A stretch of 62,882 nucleotides of DNA, filler included, from Octopus bimaculoides (taxonomy: Eukaryota), in the NCBI RefSeq assembly GCF_001194135.2. It is 5 parts of 5 records of this genome, joined end to end, with 100 filler letters (N's around TTAATTAATTAA, not from the genome) between each part and the next. Parts side by side here need not be neighbours in the genome. Positions count along the whole stretch, not along the records: positions 22,869 to 33,922 come from NC_068997.1; positions 34,023 to 56,356 come from NC_068989.1; 3 more parts are not named here. One strand, written 5' to 3'. The translations under genes and the position numbers were made by a program. The first letter of the stretch is position 1. Each line of letters begins with the position of its first letter. Below the pieces are notes generated by a model, which saw only the letters and a program-made list of their open reading frames with translations, did not search any database and was not told the DNA's origin. Below are positions 26,706 to 40,545 of the stretch, piece by piece.

Positions 26706-26964
26706 GAATTTATATATATGTATTTGTTTGTGCATGCATGTATATATGTATGTATATATAATTTAGAGCGGTATGTAATTCACATTGTGCTTTTCAAAAA
26801 TATTAGATTCACCTTTATATATTCTTTTCATTTATTATTATAGCACATGTTGTCGAACACAGCCCATTTAATTCTCGTATTAACTGTTGTTTGCGCAAAG
26901 ATAGAATACCAAAAATGTTTACTAATTGCGTACTGTGAATAGTACTACACAAACCTTCTTTATT

Positions 26965-27270
26965 TTTTATGTAAATATTAAAACATAAAAGACTCCTAAT
27001 TGTTTTAATTAGTTTGGTTTTTAATGTAAGAATTTAAACTATTATTCTATTCAATCTAACCCAAATTTATTTTTTTGTCTTCATTCTTAATGTAAATATG
27101 TAAACACTAAACAAGCCTAATTGTTTTAATTAATTTGGTTTGTAAGATAAAAATCTATACTATTTTGATAGTCATTCTAGCCCAACGCTTTTTTCTTTAT
27201 TCTTAATATAAATATGTAAACACTAAATATCTTTCTAATTGTTTTAACTAATTTGGTTTCTAATATAATT
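26965..27270. repeat. AT-rich minisatellite, ~120 bp period, ~2.5 copies
   Basis: ctaattgttttaa(t/c)ta(g/a)tttggttt recurs at about 26997, 27117 and 27236. Confidence 0.85.
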
Positions 27271-28699
27271 GTCTGAAACTTTATTGTATACCATCTCTTT
27301 AAATATTAGATTCTTTGTTTTCCTTTTCTTTTATTACAACGGCAATATTTTTTAAAATCATATTATAGTTCGAAGCCAGAGGGGTATTTGGTAAATATTT
27401 TAAAATGTCATAAGAATAATAATATTAAGTCCAAATATAAGTGAAATAAACAACTTTTTTTTAAATCTTAGGAGCACTCTGATAGAAACAGAAAATTTGT
27501 TCTCTTTGATCAAATTGTTTACGCCATTTTTTAAAATTCATAGAATTAAAAAGAAAATTTTTATAGCATCAATACAATTCATTACGTTTTGCAAATATCA
27601 AAGATATTTAGGCAATTATCAATCGTTTTTCTATCCAATTTCATTTCATGTACTGCATTATAATAAGCAGCAATGGCTCCTTATTTTAAGTGCATAGTCA
27701 TTCGACAAAGAAGAATCGTATATGTGTGTCCGGTGTAATGCAGTTTACAGCTTTCATGTTTAAATTGAAAATTGCATATTACATTTAATGACTTCTGCGT
27801 TTCCTTAGTTTGTGTTTTCATGGTAGTAAGGTGATTATTTCTTTCTGTGTTAGTATGAAACGTTCTAACTACGAGTTTGTATTTCGGTATGATACAGTTC
27901 AGGGTTTTCTTGATGAGATGTTTAATAATTTATACTATTCTATCTTGTGACCAGATATATGCTATATGATATAATGAACTAACATAACGGCGGATATAGT
28001 AATAAGCTTTGATAATGTGTTGATATAGTTTCCTGGTTCTTCAAGTGTTCATAACAAAGTGATACATATTCATCTCTACGTTATTCCCATAGGTTATTAG
28101 GCTATCTATTTGAGGGATAGATATCAGATGCTGAACGACTATCTCGAACGCTGAATGCACATTTGATTCAGTTAATGGTTAATGTAACGTTACATTTCTC
28201 GAAAGTTAGCTGTCATAATTAAACCGGAAATTAAATTCTTATATTGCAGAAATTTTAAGATTATGAAAGTAGTATTCATAATTTTTCTACTGTATGTTCA
28301 CCATTGCTTGCTTTTCTGTGTGGCCCTGTAGTGTTTAATTTGTGAGCAAGACTTGTTTCACAATATTGAGGTGCTGATAACGTGAAAGAATTCTCAAGAA
28401 CGAGATAGGATTTTGAGAGCACGATAATTATACGGATGAGATCATTTGACAAATTAAGTTTGTTTCTGGATCTTCATGCTATTTTGAATCTGGGGCATTG
28501 AAAAGTAGCACACACATAACACTTTATTTTATGGCGTATTCGATCGACTTTTCGATTTTTTTCAGCTTCTCCAATACTAAGCATTGGAGGCTAAAGTAAG
28601 CATAGTTCCATGTTTTGAGTACACATCTGTACTCTGACAGGTAATTAATTTAATTCACTGAATCTAATGAAACTAAAACACAAAATTGACACAAATGTT

Positions 28700-29400
28700 A
28701 TCGCTTGCTTAGAAAGAAGCTATCCTGCGAAAATGTATAAGGTATTCAATGCCAGACGGAAAGTTGAAGGAAAGAGACGTCAAACCAGAGATATTGTCCG
28801 AATGCTTGCAACAAAATAGACTCCACTGGAAATACTAAAGTACCAGCTGGTACTGTTAAACTATACGACATAATATTTTTGCAAATTACAAGCTACAGCA
28901 AATCTTGAACTTAAAATGAAAAGGGCCGAAAGAAATATTGCAAAGCATCCCGCCAATGCACCGGCGATTCTCCCAGTATACCTTATTTTAATTAACCTCT
29001 TTACCAATTCCGGAAGGATGAATTGGAAAATTGATTTCAACGATGTCCAGACGCAGAACAAGCGAAGCCATTGGAGTCATTCTTTGAACCCATATGTAAC
29101 TACTAAAATATATTCTGCTCAGAATTACACCGATGCTCTCACCAAATTCTCGGATATGAAATACACATAGAAAGAAGATAAGAACATGTCAGATCTCCTC
29201 ACTCAGTCATGATATTATTCTAGATTGCAGCAGTTTGCCCTTCAATATTTTAGTGAGTGTAGAATACTATACCTAGTGTAATTTTATTTGTTGGGTGTTA
29301 ATGAAAGGGACAGTGCTTGTGTCACTTGCATGTCCTCCTGAAAAGATGAGGCTGATGTAAATAATATTTGGAAACATTTCCGACTCATTATGTACACTAA
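28700..29400 (+). mobile_element. Heavily decayed Tc1/mariner-like remnant
   Basis: Only scattered weak motifs across frames (ILGYE for IFSDE; SVMILF for SVMVW). Confidence 0.3.
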
Positions 29401-30765
29401 AACAAAAAAAAAAAACAAAAAACAAAAAAAAACAAATAAGGGATTCCAGTGGACCGTTATACTAGGGAGGAAGGACTGGACATTTTGTTAAGTGCGGGAT
29501 TTGGAGGTTTAGCATGAACAATGATGTCGGGAGAAGAGACTGATGTGCCGAGAATACCTCAGTGAGGGTAACATCTTTCCAACCAGTCCCTAGTACAAAA
29601 CATTATTAGGGAAGAAAAAAAAGAGAGGAAGATATGCATATTTGGGCGAGATGCTGGTTTGACACCATGAGTACATTATGCCAGTCAGTTGGTTGACTCT
29701 TTTCTTCATACAGTCTAATGTGTCTGGTGTGCGCAACAGTAATATATAGTAACAGCAGCAGTAACATCCCAGATATGAAAGCCATTCTCTATGGGAGACC
29801 TCATTTGAGCTTTGTCGAATATCAGTAATTACCGGAGACTTAACCATCTTCTGGCCGTGACGAGATGAGGCGTTCGCTGAGACTGGTATTTGGTATGTTG
29901 AAGGTTATGCTATAAACTAGCGATATAGACAGCGAAAGGTTTTTCATAGATCCTAAAACTAATTAAATGAATAGAGATAAATGGTGGTTCAATATCTACG
30001 TAAATCAGACAAAGGAATTATAGCCTTGTTACTACATTGTCATCTTTGTAAGCAATATTGAACCATCTTATTGTTGCACTTCAGCCACATAGAATTATAT
30101 AAGTTTGAATAAGTTTGTAATCAAATACGTTTGTAATGGAATTTACTATTTGATTGTCAAGAGAGAATGTTATAAAATTATTCTATCATGAAATTGTTGC
30201 TTATCAGTGCAATGTATTCCAGGGCCTATACGACAATTATACACTTGACTTGATAATTATTATCATGGCTTATATATCTGATGATTATATACCAGACGCT
30301 ACTGGAATTTTTTCATATCTATACTTCTGAATGTCATTGTGGTCAAGTTATCAAGTAACATGTCCTTATATTTCATAGCTTATCTAACCCCAGGTTAGTT
30401 ATCTTGCACTTGTATGGGTTTTGGCATGCACGTGTGGTTAAGACCGTGCTGGCAATTAAGGCAGCTGGATATCGGTCCCATTCTACGTCAAACACAATAT
30501 AATTCCCAAATTTTAATGTAAAACACTTAAAATTAAATTAGTGAATAACATTATAGAGCTGCAAACAAGACATACATATTCCACAGAATCAAACTTTACT
30601 CGTCTACACGAAGTACGCTTTATAAATGGCCATGAAGTAATTGAAAATTGAGCGTTACTTTTACAGAAGGAAATTTTAGACACACCTTACAAAGAACAGT
30701 ATATTTATTTCATCAGTAATTATGCTTCGAAAACAAGTTCGTGTTTTCTATTCATCATCGTCAAC

Positions 30766-30885
30766 ATCCTTCTCCTTATCACCATCCTCATCTGCATCAG
30801 CGTCATATATATGTATATATGTGTATATATAAATACACAGATATACTATATCTCTAGGAGTGATTGAGTTTGTGTGTATTTGTGC

Positions 30886-30925
<40 letters not shown>

Positions 30926-30947
30926 CTGGCATTGAAATGACACTGTC

Positions 30948-30984
<37 letters not shown>

Positions 30985-31262
30985 TGCACAGACACACGTA
31001 CACACATGAACAGACACAGGGATATACTTAAGTTCAGGAACGTATATAATTGAATATTTTAATTTGGATTCTTTAAGTATCATTTATATTTCCGTTCTGC
31101 TGATAATCCTGGAGTATTTGGCTCTTGGAATTTCGAGGAAATGTGTATGACTGTGCGTCTATGAATATCCGGCTCTGAAATTTGCAGATTTAATATTAAT
31201 GATTCGCCCCCACACCAATTTAATCCTTCTCCTTATCACCATCCTCATCTGCATCAGCGTCA
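30766..31262. repeat. Perfect 40 bp direct repeat (30766-30805 and 31223-31262)
   Basis: atccttctccttatcaccatcctcatctgcatcagcgtca occurs twice, 457 bp apart. Confidence 0.95.
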
Positions 31263-32055
31263 CAGCCTGCACGGATTATGTATCCCTTCTCTGCACGCAC
31301 TTCATCACACATACTAGAAGCTGATTTTTGTATTATGCATATATTTATGCAATGTATACTCCTATTTTCGCGACATGTGAAACCTAATAAGATATAATGT
31401 TATTTAAGTGTTAGGCCTGAGAGTGATTTGGATATTATTTCTAGGAAGTAAAAGTACCATCTGCAGCCGCTATTCATCTGGGTTTGTACTTAAATTTCAA
31501 AATATACTGTGGAAGTTATGCATAACAAGCTACCCGGTTTAACACTGCACTTCATTCTCCTATGTATTCTATCAGCATTTGAAGCATACACCCGTTTCTC
31601 TCTACATCCACATTATTTATGTGAATCTTCGGTCTAGAGTTTACCTGTATCGATCTCACCCTTATGAGAAGCTGCAGTTGCCACTGACTGAATTTTTCAA
31701 AATAGCAATTCACATAACACAAAGCGAAAGATAAGTAATATTATGCCGTGCTGTCAACAGCTGCAACATTTTAATTTCTTTATATGTTCATGTCTCATGG
31801 GAATGTTAACTTATATTGTAAAGCTGTAGTTTATTGCATATTTCAAAACATACGGATTAATTTATTCCGCAAAACTTAGCAGAAACTACTGCGCTATGTA
31901 AGGAAAATTCCCAGATATTGTCATATTTACAGATATAAGAAAGCTGGAGGTGGGTGAGGAAAGTTGCTACGTAAACTAATTCTAATGCTGCTGTCAATTC
32001 TAGGGTACATATAGTCTTCTTTCACTGTATTTTTTAGTTTCTTAACGGCTTAGAC

Positions 32056-32497
32056 CAGCGTCTTTCTAATTATGGGTCGTGAGGTATATTAAAATAAATT
32101 GCGACAAAGAAAAAAAGGAAAGAAAAATGCAAGTGGCTGTAAAGTGCAGAATATAAACAACTCTAAATGTTGCGCAGCGCTCATAAATCATCGCCAGTTT
32201 TAACGATTTCTTTCATGACTAGGCAGGTTTTTCCAATCAAAACATAAAGTACATGTTATGAATTTATTATACATATACAAAAAGGTTTTGTCCAAGTCTG
32301 ACGCTCTCGTCCTCTCCCTCTCTTTTCACCTTGAATCCTTAATTACCAAATAAGTTTGTTTAAATTTTAATAACTAGCTATTATCAACAACTCTAGCAAT
32401 CGACAAATACACACACTCTTTCGTCTTGAATCGATAATCATTCAGTGGTCGCCAAATAAATAAAATGAGTCACCACAAAAATGTTTGAAAAACGCTG
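32056..32497. mobile_element. hAT (Charlie-like) MITE
   Basis: Ends CAGCGTCTTTCTAA and TTTGAAAAACGCTG. 8 bp TSD GCTTAGAC/GCTCAGAC (7/8). Confidence 0.8.
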
Positions 32498-34420
32498 GCT
32501 CAGACGAATACAGCACGCTCGACAATTGTAAGGGAATCTGAGACATTAGGAAGTCATTTTCATATCTTAGACATTGACTGATGCTTGCATCAGTGTCTTG
32601 TTTCATTTTGTGTGGCTTCTCTGCAGCCATGACTGTCAGATCATTGGAGTACGGTCCCATAATTATGATTAATGCTCCTCTTTGACACTTACAAATCAAC
32701 AGCCACAGGAAAGACATGTGTAGAGATATATTGCAGAAAGTGATGACGTTCTATGAAGGAAGCGTTTCAGTCGAGCTGGCATGAAACAAGCAGGATGTAA
32801 AGTGCAGAGACTACTCAAATAAAGGCAAGAATAGCTGAGATGGGAAACAGACGATGTCTGGATCAATGATTTCTATGCTTTTGGATGCACTTGTTTATTA
32901 CAGTGTTGAAGCATGTATTTCGCCAGTGAAATTGAATCTATGTAGTTTTATACAACTGAAAAGAAGAACTAACATCCTGACGAGTTTCCATTAAGAGTCA
33001 ATTTTACAAATATTTCACAAGGTTGTGGTATACTCGAGACAATGGTAGAATGTAATTTTCTAATTTAACACGCGGTGGTATGGAACCCAAAACCACGCAA
33101 GTTCGAAACGAACCTCTTATGCATTAACTATGGCTGTCTCTATTAATGTGTGTGCGTTACTTACGATATGTTAGTTATCCCCATTATGTTAGAGATAATG
33201 CCTTTATTCAGAGGCCGTATAATTCCGACTATAGTGGAATACTTATTTGCAAGTATTTCTTAGTGACCTTGGTTCCCGGAACGATAATAAAACAATGATT
33301 ACTAAACAGTAATAGGAATAAGAAAAAAAGAAAGAAACAATTATTGAAGTTCATTTATTGTGATATTATGAACGATAGCAGCAGAAGTATGAAACCATAT
33401 CAATTAACTAACATAGACTCTAGACTTTTGATGTATAATACCCTATTGTCACATCATTGTATCATCAACTTAATTACCTTCAACAATATATTGATTTATT
33501 TCTAAAAGTACGAGACCGGTTTGGCAAGGAAAACTATTGTTATGATTGAATTGATCTTAGCGTCTTACAGAACAGTATTTTGTGATCACAGGGTAGAATT
33601 AAAGGAGGAAAGTAGACGACCCTGCGATTCAAGGAAATACAAGGAAAATCGAGGATATTGAACGGAGTATGCCATGTTTCCAGCAATCTATCTTTTTGTT
33701 GTTCATATGTTTTGTTGCTTTGCCCTTGCCCACGTCTGATACGGTAGTCTATGTCTTGCAGCTCTAATCATGTCTTAAATTACATTGTTCAGTCTGTCAA
33801 TCGTTTCACGAAGTACTGGCCTGCAACTGACTTAATTTTGATAGATCACGTAGAAGATATGTTGTTGGTTCCATAACGTTTCTATTTACACTTGATATAT
33901 ATATATATATGTATATATATATNNNNNNNNNNNNNNNNNNNNNNNNNNNNNNNNNNNNNNNNNNNNTTAATTAATTAANNNNNNNNNNNNNNNNNNNNNN
34001 NNNNNNNNNNNNNNNNNNNNNNGCATAGTTCTCGAGTTTTAGGGATTCACACAGACAGACAGACAGACAGACACACATTCTCATTTTTATATATGTAGAT
34101 AACACAAAAACCGTACATATCTTAGATAAGATGTGAACAATATTATTTTGGGAAAATATGACACTCATTGATGCATGAAATGAGATTCGTGAATAGCTTT
34201 TTGCGATCTCTAAATCTATTTCACCACCCGTAAAGATATGATGTAAATCAATAATCATTAATCCCACAATTTGTTTTTCAAAGCTGCACAATAATATTTT
34301 CGAAGAATGTAATTCTGATGTAGATATGCATGCCGATGACGAAAATTAGTAGTTAATAAAAAAAAAACGTGGAGAACATTTAAAGTTAAGTAATTTTTGC
34401 TAATCATGAGCCTAGAAGAT

Positions 34421-35142
34421 TGTTATATTAATAAACGGTTCTGAGGTCACCATTTTAGTAGTTCGCTTGCCCGCTAATTTAATGTAAGATGTCATCAGTG
34501 TGGCGGTTTGTTTAAACCACCACCTTAATGTTGTTCGTTGGTTATTAGTTTAACAAAAGTTGACTCCATGGTTCTTGGTTGAATAGATGATGTTGGCGTC
34601 GATAGTTGTTGATAGCAGTGTGTGGCAGACAAACCTCGCCAACTGTATTCGTGTGTTCGACAGCCGTTAGATAGCTGTGTGGAGATATACAAAGACAGAC
34701 GGATGAAACTAAACGGTGGTTGTTAGTAAAGTTTATTCACAGCAGTGTGTGTTGAGTACAATGTTAATGTTTTATAGAGATGTCTGTAGTGTGGTAGCAG
34801 TGAATGAATGTGTAAAGACGTTAGTTGTACTTTGTGTATATAGAAAGAGACTTGATAGAAGTGTTTCTAGTTAGCATGAGATAATGGCATTGAGTTTGGT
34901 CTATACTGAAAGCGCACGTGGAAGAAGGATGTTCTTGTGTGACAGTGGCCAGCATTAGCGTGATAGAGCAAAACTGCATGCAAGGAGTCCTTTAGAGAAG
35001 CGAGACAAAGATCTCAAGGAACTCAATTAAACATGGCGGCTGCTACATTATATAAATGACAATCGGATGTAGCCAAGAGCGCCTGTTAGAGGGAGCCTGT
35101 TTATTCAGCCAATCACAGACCGAATAAAGCTGTAAACCTACA
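34421..35142 (-). mobile_element. Possible solo LTR
   Basis: TGT...ACA termini. Minus strand has ATTGG, TATATAA and later AATAAA. No TSD or PBS seen. Confidence 0.4.
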
Positions 35143-36475
35143 ATGTCGTTTGATCCTACCTTGAAGATTAAAAATGCCTATTTTAAACAACTGCTAGTAC
35201 AGACACGCTACGGTAGAGATATCGTCAACAAATGGTTAGAATTTAATTTAACGGTTATTCTCGACAAACGAGAAGCACTTGAGCCTGTCTCAAGCAAGGA
35301 AATAAACAGATTTGTGACACAATGATACGTTCTTTTTGCATTATAGATGTTATGGTGTAGTTTGAGGAAGATTTGGCTGCTATTTCTAGAACGTCGGTAG
35401 ACCACGTATCGGTTTCGTATGCTGGTCTCCATGGCAATGGAGATCAGCAATACAATAGAAATCAATACAACTTCAAGTGGCTGAAAGAAATTTAACAAAA
35501 TTACCACATTGTCGCCTAAGTTTCTTCTTGAGGTTCCGTAGCCCTTCTATAGTTTGCTTATCGATGCCGTCGTTTGGATCAGCAAAATTGAGTGAATGAT
35601 TGACAACTTAATCAGTATAGCGGTTGCCGGCATCCACACAGAAAGCCCACTCATTGGATATCAAACACGTTTAATGAAATTTCGACATGTCACAATTTAC
35701 TTCCATTTATTGAATTATTGAAAATCTTGGATGATAAACCACAGCACAAATGACATCTGTCCGATTACATCATCCGCCATTTTAACTTTTCATTTTAGCA
35801 TTATTTATTCATTTATTTAAGAGAAAATGTGAAGGAGGTGATTGCAGAAGCCATTGAAAGAAAGAAGGGTTCTAGAATCACTGATTTAAACAAATTATCA
35901 AACATTTCAAACGTCTTTCAAAAATTATACATCGTATTGAATTACGTTTTTAAATCATTCTTAACAAAAAAAAATCTATCAAATGTCTTGGTTAGGAGAA
36001 AAAATACTGAAAATTGCTCAACATGTAGTTTACAGGGACAGTTTTTATGTCCTAAAAAAATGACGAACAATTTATTTTCAATACTAGTCCCATATTGTCA
36101 CCTAACTTTCTTTTTGGCGAGCATCTATAAGTGTGTGTATTGGTATTGTGTGTGTATCGATATTGAGCATCTATAGTGTGTGATTGATATTGTCATTGTT
36201 TGGATCGACAAAATTGGGGGAATGGTTGATAAATTCATGGATATAGAAGTTGTCGAGACCCGCATATGAAGCCCACTTAGTAGATATCAAAAGTGTTCTT
36301 GGCAATATCTGATTCCTTATAATGGACCTAAGTATTTCGCGTGTGCAATCGGAAACTAAGATGCTTATGATTTTTTATAAAATGTTGGTGTATCACTGCC
36401 GTCACTACTGGAGTTTTAAGGACAATTTACTTTCACTTTTTTGAACCGCATGTTAACCCTGAATTTTTATTTTTC

Positions 36476-36630
36476 TGTGGTTGTGTAGTAACAAGCTTGC
36501 TTCCTAACCACATGGTTCCCGGTTCAGTCCCACTGCGTGGCACCTTGGGCAAGTGTCTTCTACTATAGTCTCAGGCCTACCAAAGCCTTGTCAGTGGATT
36601 TGGTAGACGGAAACTGAAAGAAGCCCGTCG

Positions 36631-36632
<2 letters not shown>
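36476..36632 (+). mobile_element. SINE head, little diverged
   Basis: ggttcccggttcagtcccactgcgtggcaccttgggcaagtgtcttctactatag...aagcccgtcg followed by a TA microsatellite. Confidence 0.85.
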
Positions 36633-36663
<31 letters not shown>

Positions 36664-36682
36664 ATATACCCACACACACACA

Positions 36683-37600
36683 TACTAGTAATGCGTTCCA
36701 GCGTTGCCCCGGTGTTATGACCTACAGTCATATTGTATTATTTATTCCTTTCTTATGAGCAGGATCAGCACAGATGATATATAGTGAACTGGGTTACTGG
36801 TATAATGAAAGTTATTGTTTGCTTAAAAGTAAAGGGGGAGGGCACAATTTGCATGGGTTTGCATGAAAGTGCTTTTTATTCTTAAGGATTACAAACCATG
36901 TATTGCTTCATCGTATAAAAGGGGATTAATATGATTTTGCCCCAAAACTACGTTTTCAAACTTTTTAGTTTCCCCCCATCCCCACCGCAATTTCTTAATT
37001 TTTAACTTTTTACGAATCTTTTTTAATTTTTTTTATCCATGTAGAAAAATACAGAGATTACGAATCTAGGAAATACATTTTTTTAAAGTTTAATTTTTCT
37101 TAAAGGAACACCCAATCCCCACATCACTAACCCATCACCTACTCGCTTTCAAAAAGCTAAAAGCACCCTATGTTTCATTTTTGTATGATGTTTCACGCAT
37201 TCGTAGAATTGTACAGAAATAGCAGACGTAAGGAAATATTAGAGCACCACCAGAAAACCCGACATGCTAGAAACAAGTAAACGATATCATTTCTGAAGAA
37301 ACTTCCTCGTTTTCCAAAAAGCTAAAAGTGAAACATTGTGAGNNNNNNNNNNCCCTATGTTTCATTTTTGTATGATGTTTCACGCATTCGTAGAATTGTA
37401 CAGAAATAGCAGACGTAAGGAAATATTAGAGCACCACCAGAAAACCCGACATGCTAGAAACAAGTAAACGATATCATTTCTGAAGAAACTTCCTCGTTTT
37501 CCAAAAAGCTAAAAGTGAAACATTGTGAGTTTGTAGCTTTTTGAAAGTGGTGAGGTGATGGGTGGATGTTTGGGAAGGAGATTTTAGTGTTTCTTTAAGA
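36683..37600 (+). mobile_element. Possible non-autonomous Helitron-like element
   Basis: Starts TACTAG...CCAGCGTTGCCCCGG, like the 5' ends of small Helitron/Helentron derivatives. Right boundary uncertain. Confidence 0.35.
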
Positions 37601-38140
37601 AAAAAGGAAGAAGAAAATTATTAAAGATTCGTGCTCTCTGGAAACATCGTAATCGATATGGCGTTGAGTCCTACTGTGTCCTCCTTCCATATATCAATGG
37701 GTACATGCAGTATCACTAATCTCAATCTGAGCATAGGCACCTAATGTTAGCTCCATATGGAGATGGTGCTCAATTGATCTATGAGGATGGGTGAGGGGGA
37801 TGTGCTGCTTATGTGAGACTTGTTATGCTGTACTCACAGAGTGACATACACCATTCTATGCCTGACTGGCAGTACTATAGTAGCATTTTTCAACATAATT
37901 GTAATCCAATTCATCGAAACGTATGAGGAAACAAAGTCGATGAGTGTGAATTAGTTGAAACCCAACTCACCATCACCCCATACCCCCAACTGTTTTGTTA
38001 TTTCGAAACAAATTCCAGTATAATCTTAATTTTAATAATCTGAAACGTATTTACAGAAAATGTCATTAAAAATCATATAATGGGTCTCGAAGGTTCATGA
38101 TACCTGCGGAGTATCACCTTCTCCCATTATAATTATTTTC

Positions 38141-38564
38141 TGTAGTCTTAGGATCTGGAACTCGAAGAAGAAGAAGCTTACAAGCGGATGCAGTTCAATG
38201 GTTGTTTATTTTAGTTCTCACTCATGGGGGTTTGCTCCCGGCGACCATCTGTATGGCAGCACATGGTTCGTTATAGCTCTGTTCCCGTGAGGTACATTAC
38301 CTCTGGAGATAACGGGTAAAGTTAGAGCGGGTTAAGAATCCGCTGTGAGCTGCCAGTTTGAAGCGTTGTTCAGAGTGAACGCGAGGGAGAGGAAGGGTTT
38401 TCTTAATACGCCTCCTTAAATAGATGTTGCCCACGAGAGCCTCGCTGTGGTCTCGCGCATGGCAAACATGGTTGTAAGCGAGATCTCGCTTTTGTCTCGG
38501 ACATGGTAATGGCTGCCGGCGAGATCTCACACAAAATGGCATTGGCTTCTTGTGTCACTCTACA
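38141..38564 (-). mobile_element. Probable solo LTR
   Basis: TGTAG...CTACA termini. On the minus strand CCAAT, TATTTAAG and AATAAA occur in LTR order. GC-richer than the flanks. No matching TSD seen. Confidence 0.55.
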
Positions 38565-38659
38565 AACATGAATTTTCCAGAAAGTTATAAGGAAACAAAG
38601 TCAAGTGGAGGTGCACACTTATGTAGGTGTGACTGAAACACTCGCATCCAGTATCATAA

Positions 38660-38850
38660 AAGGGCTAATTCTTCTCAATGACAACACCCGACCATATGAC
38701 TCGACAAATAATTGGCAGAAATTGAACGAACTGGGATATAACATTATTTCACCCAACTCACGCCCCCTGATCTCTTTTCCACCAGCTGTCTCTTTTATGC
38801 ATCTCGATAACTTTTTTGCAGAACAAAGTTAAATAACCATGAAATAGATT
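38660..38850 (+). pseudogene. mariner transposase fragment
   Basis: KGLILLNDNTRPYD...QKLNELGYNII...MHLDNFF resembles mariner KGPILLHDNARPH...QKLNELGYEVL...KHLDNFL. The PYSPDL region is degraded. Confidence 0.75.
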
Positions 38851-40545
38851 GAAACGGGATGCTGGGACTCAAATTCTATGTTACTAAAGTAGGTGTCCTA
38901 AGCGAAAAAAAAAAAAGTTTTAAATGTACTTATTCTTGTAGTTATTGTTTCAATAAATAAAAATGGTGTAATCATAAAATATTATAGGGAAATATACAGA
39001 AATGAGAAAGCAAAAATGTAAATAGTTAAATTTATGGTTTAACCTGACTCGTGTAAAAGCAAAAATTTACCAAATTTATTCTGGACTGGAATATAATGGG
39101 TTAATACTGGTAGGTAAAAATTGCAATTATTCATACACCAACTCAATAACGGATTTAGTAGCCAGAGAAAGATTACGGCTGTTAGAGATAGGCGTGAATT
39201 GAAAAATATAAAAAGTGATGCGAAAAAGGGAAATAAATAGGTGTCAAATGAAAGGTGAATCAGTAAAATAAAGTGTGAAGCATCACTAACGGCTGACTTA
39301 ATACAGAATGCAAATGAAATGAAGGAGAAACATGGCGCCAAAATAGCAAAATTAAATTAGTTAAATGGTGGGAAGTAAAAAGTGTTTGTTTGAATTATGG
39401 AAACAAAAAACGTAACTAGTGCAAAACTTGAGATTATCATGTTGTAAGTGAATCAGTACAGTAAAAATCCAGTTTTCAGATGTAAAGATGTCCAATTTAC
39501 AGAGAGTATTAATATTAATGCAAATTCATCAATGTCTCCAATGCTTTCATTGACAAAGAAAGAATTGTGATTAAAGTAAAATGCACTAGCGAAGGGGCAA
39601 TTGATTTAGGGTAAAAATTGTTTACAAGCGATTTTGTGTGCCACATGATCAATGATTCATACATTTTAAATATGAATTTCTTGGCGGATGGGTTTCGATT
39701 CCAAGTTAGTTAGAACTGTTTTCCTCTAAAGAGAAAGAAGAATGCTGCACATTCCTGTTCGTTTAATCTTATAAATTTACTATTCTCGTTCATAATGATA
39801 GACAAAATTGTGTTATGACAAGGCTATCCCCTCAGACATAGGAAAACACCCCTAAATTGAAGATGCACTCACTCAGCGGGAATAAAACCCAGGCAAACTA
39901 AACATTGGCATACATCAAGAACAGTGTTAGTTTTATTAAAAAAAACATAATATTCACATTTCCACATTATTTATTCATGACCTAATTATAAATTCAAAAT
40001 GACCGCCAAACGACCGATTAGGCAAATACACTCTTATTTTAGGTCAATGTTTCTACCGAACTATCAAAGATAATATGCTCTAACTTGGAACGCCAACAGA
40101 TTGGAGTACAGACAAGAAACTGAATCAAAGACATTTATGAAGTTGGCCCAGATTTCATTGTGGGGTCGGTCATAGCCATATGCAGCAATTCAAGCGTTTT
40201 TGACCCCTCAGTAGTAGCATTCAAGTGTCTCTAGAAGATGAACAAATGGAGTGTATTTAATAACACCAGGCAAGTATCAAAGAAATACACATGCAAAATT
40301 TCAGCCTATTACATCAATTATTCTCAGAGATATCGTGACCTAAAGACTGCTACTCATAGTCAGAGATGTTACTTTGAGAAAAACGCAGGAAATAGTTGAT
40401 TTTACAACAATGCTCAACTACACAAGGATAACATCCACATTTTAGTGAAATATTTAGTTTTGCACGGTCTAATAACCTCTTGAGGCAGATCCTTTGCTAT
40501 TTTTCTGAGATTTTGCTATTTGAGAGCGCTTATGCCGTGTTTTGA

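Noticed and set aside
37166-37529. Exact 177 bp tandem duplication (37166-37342 and 37353-37529)
   Set aside because: The identical copies abut a 10-N gap, which is the signature of an unmerged contig overlap.
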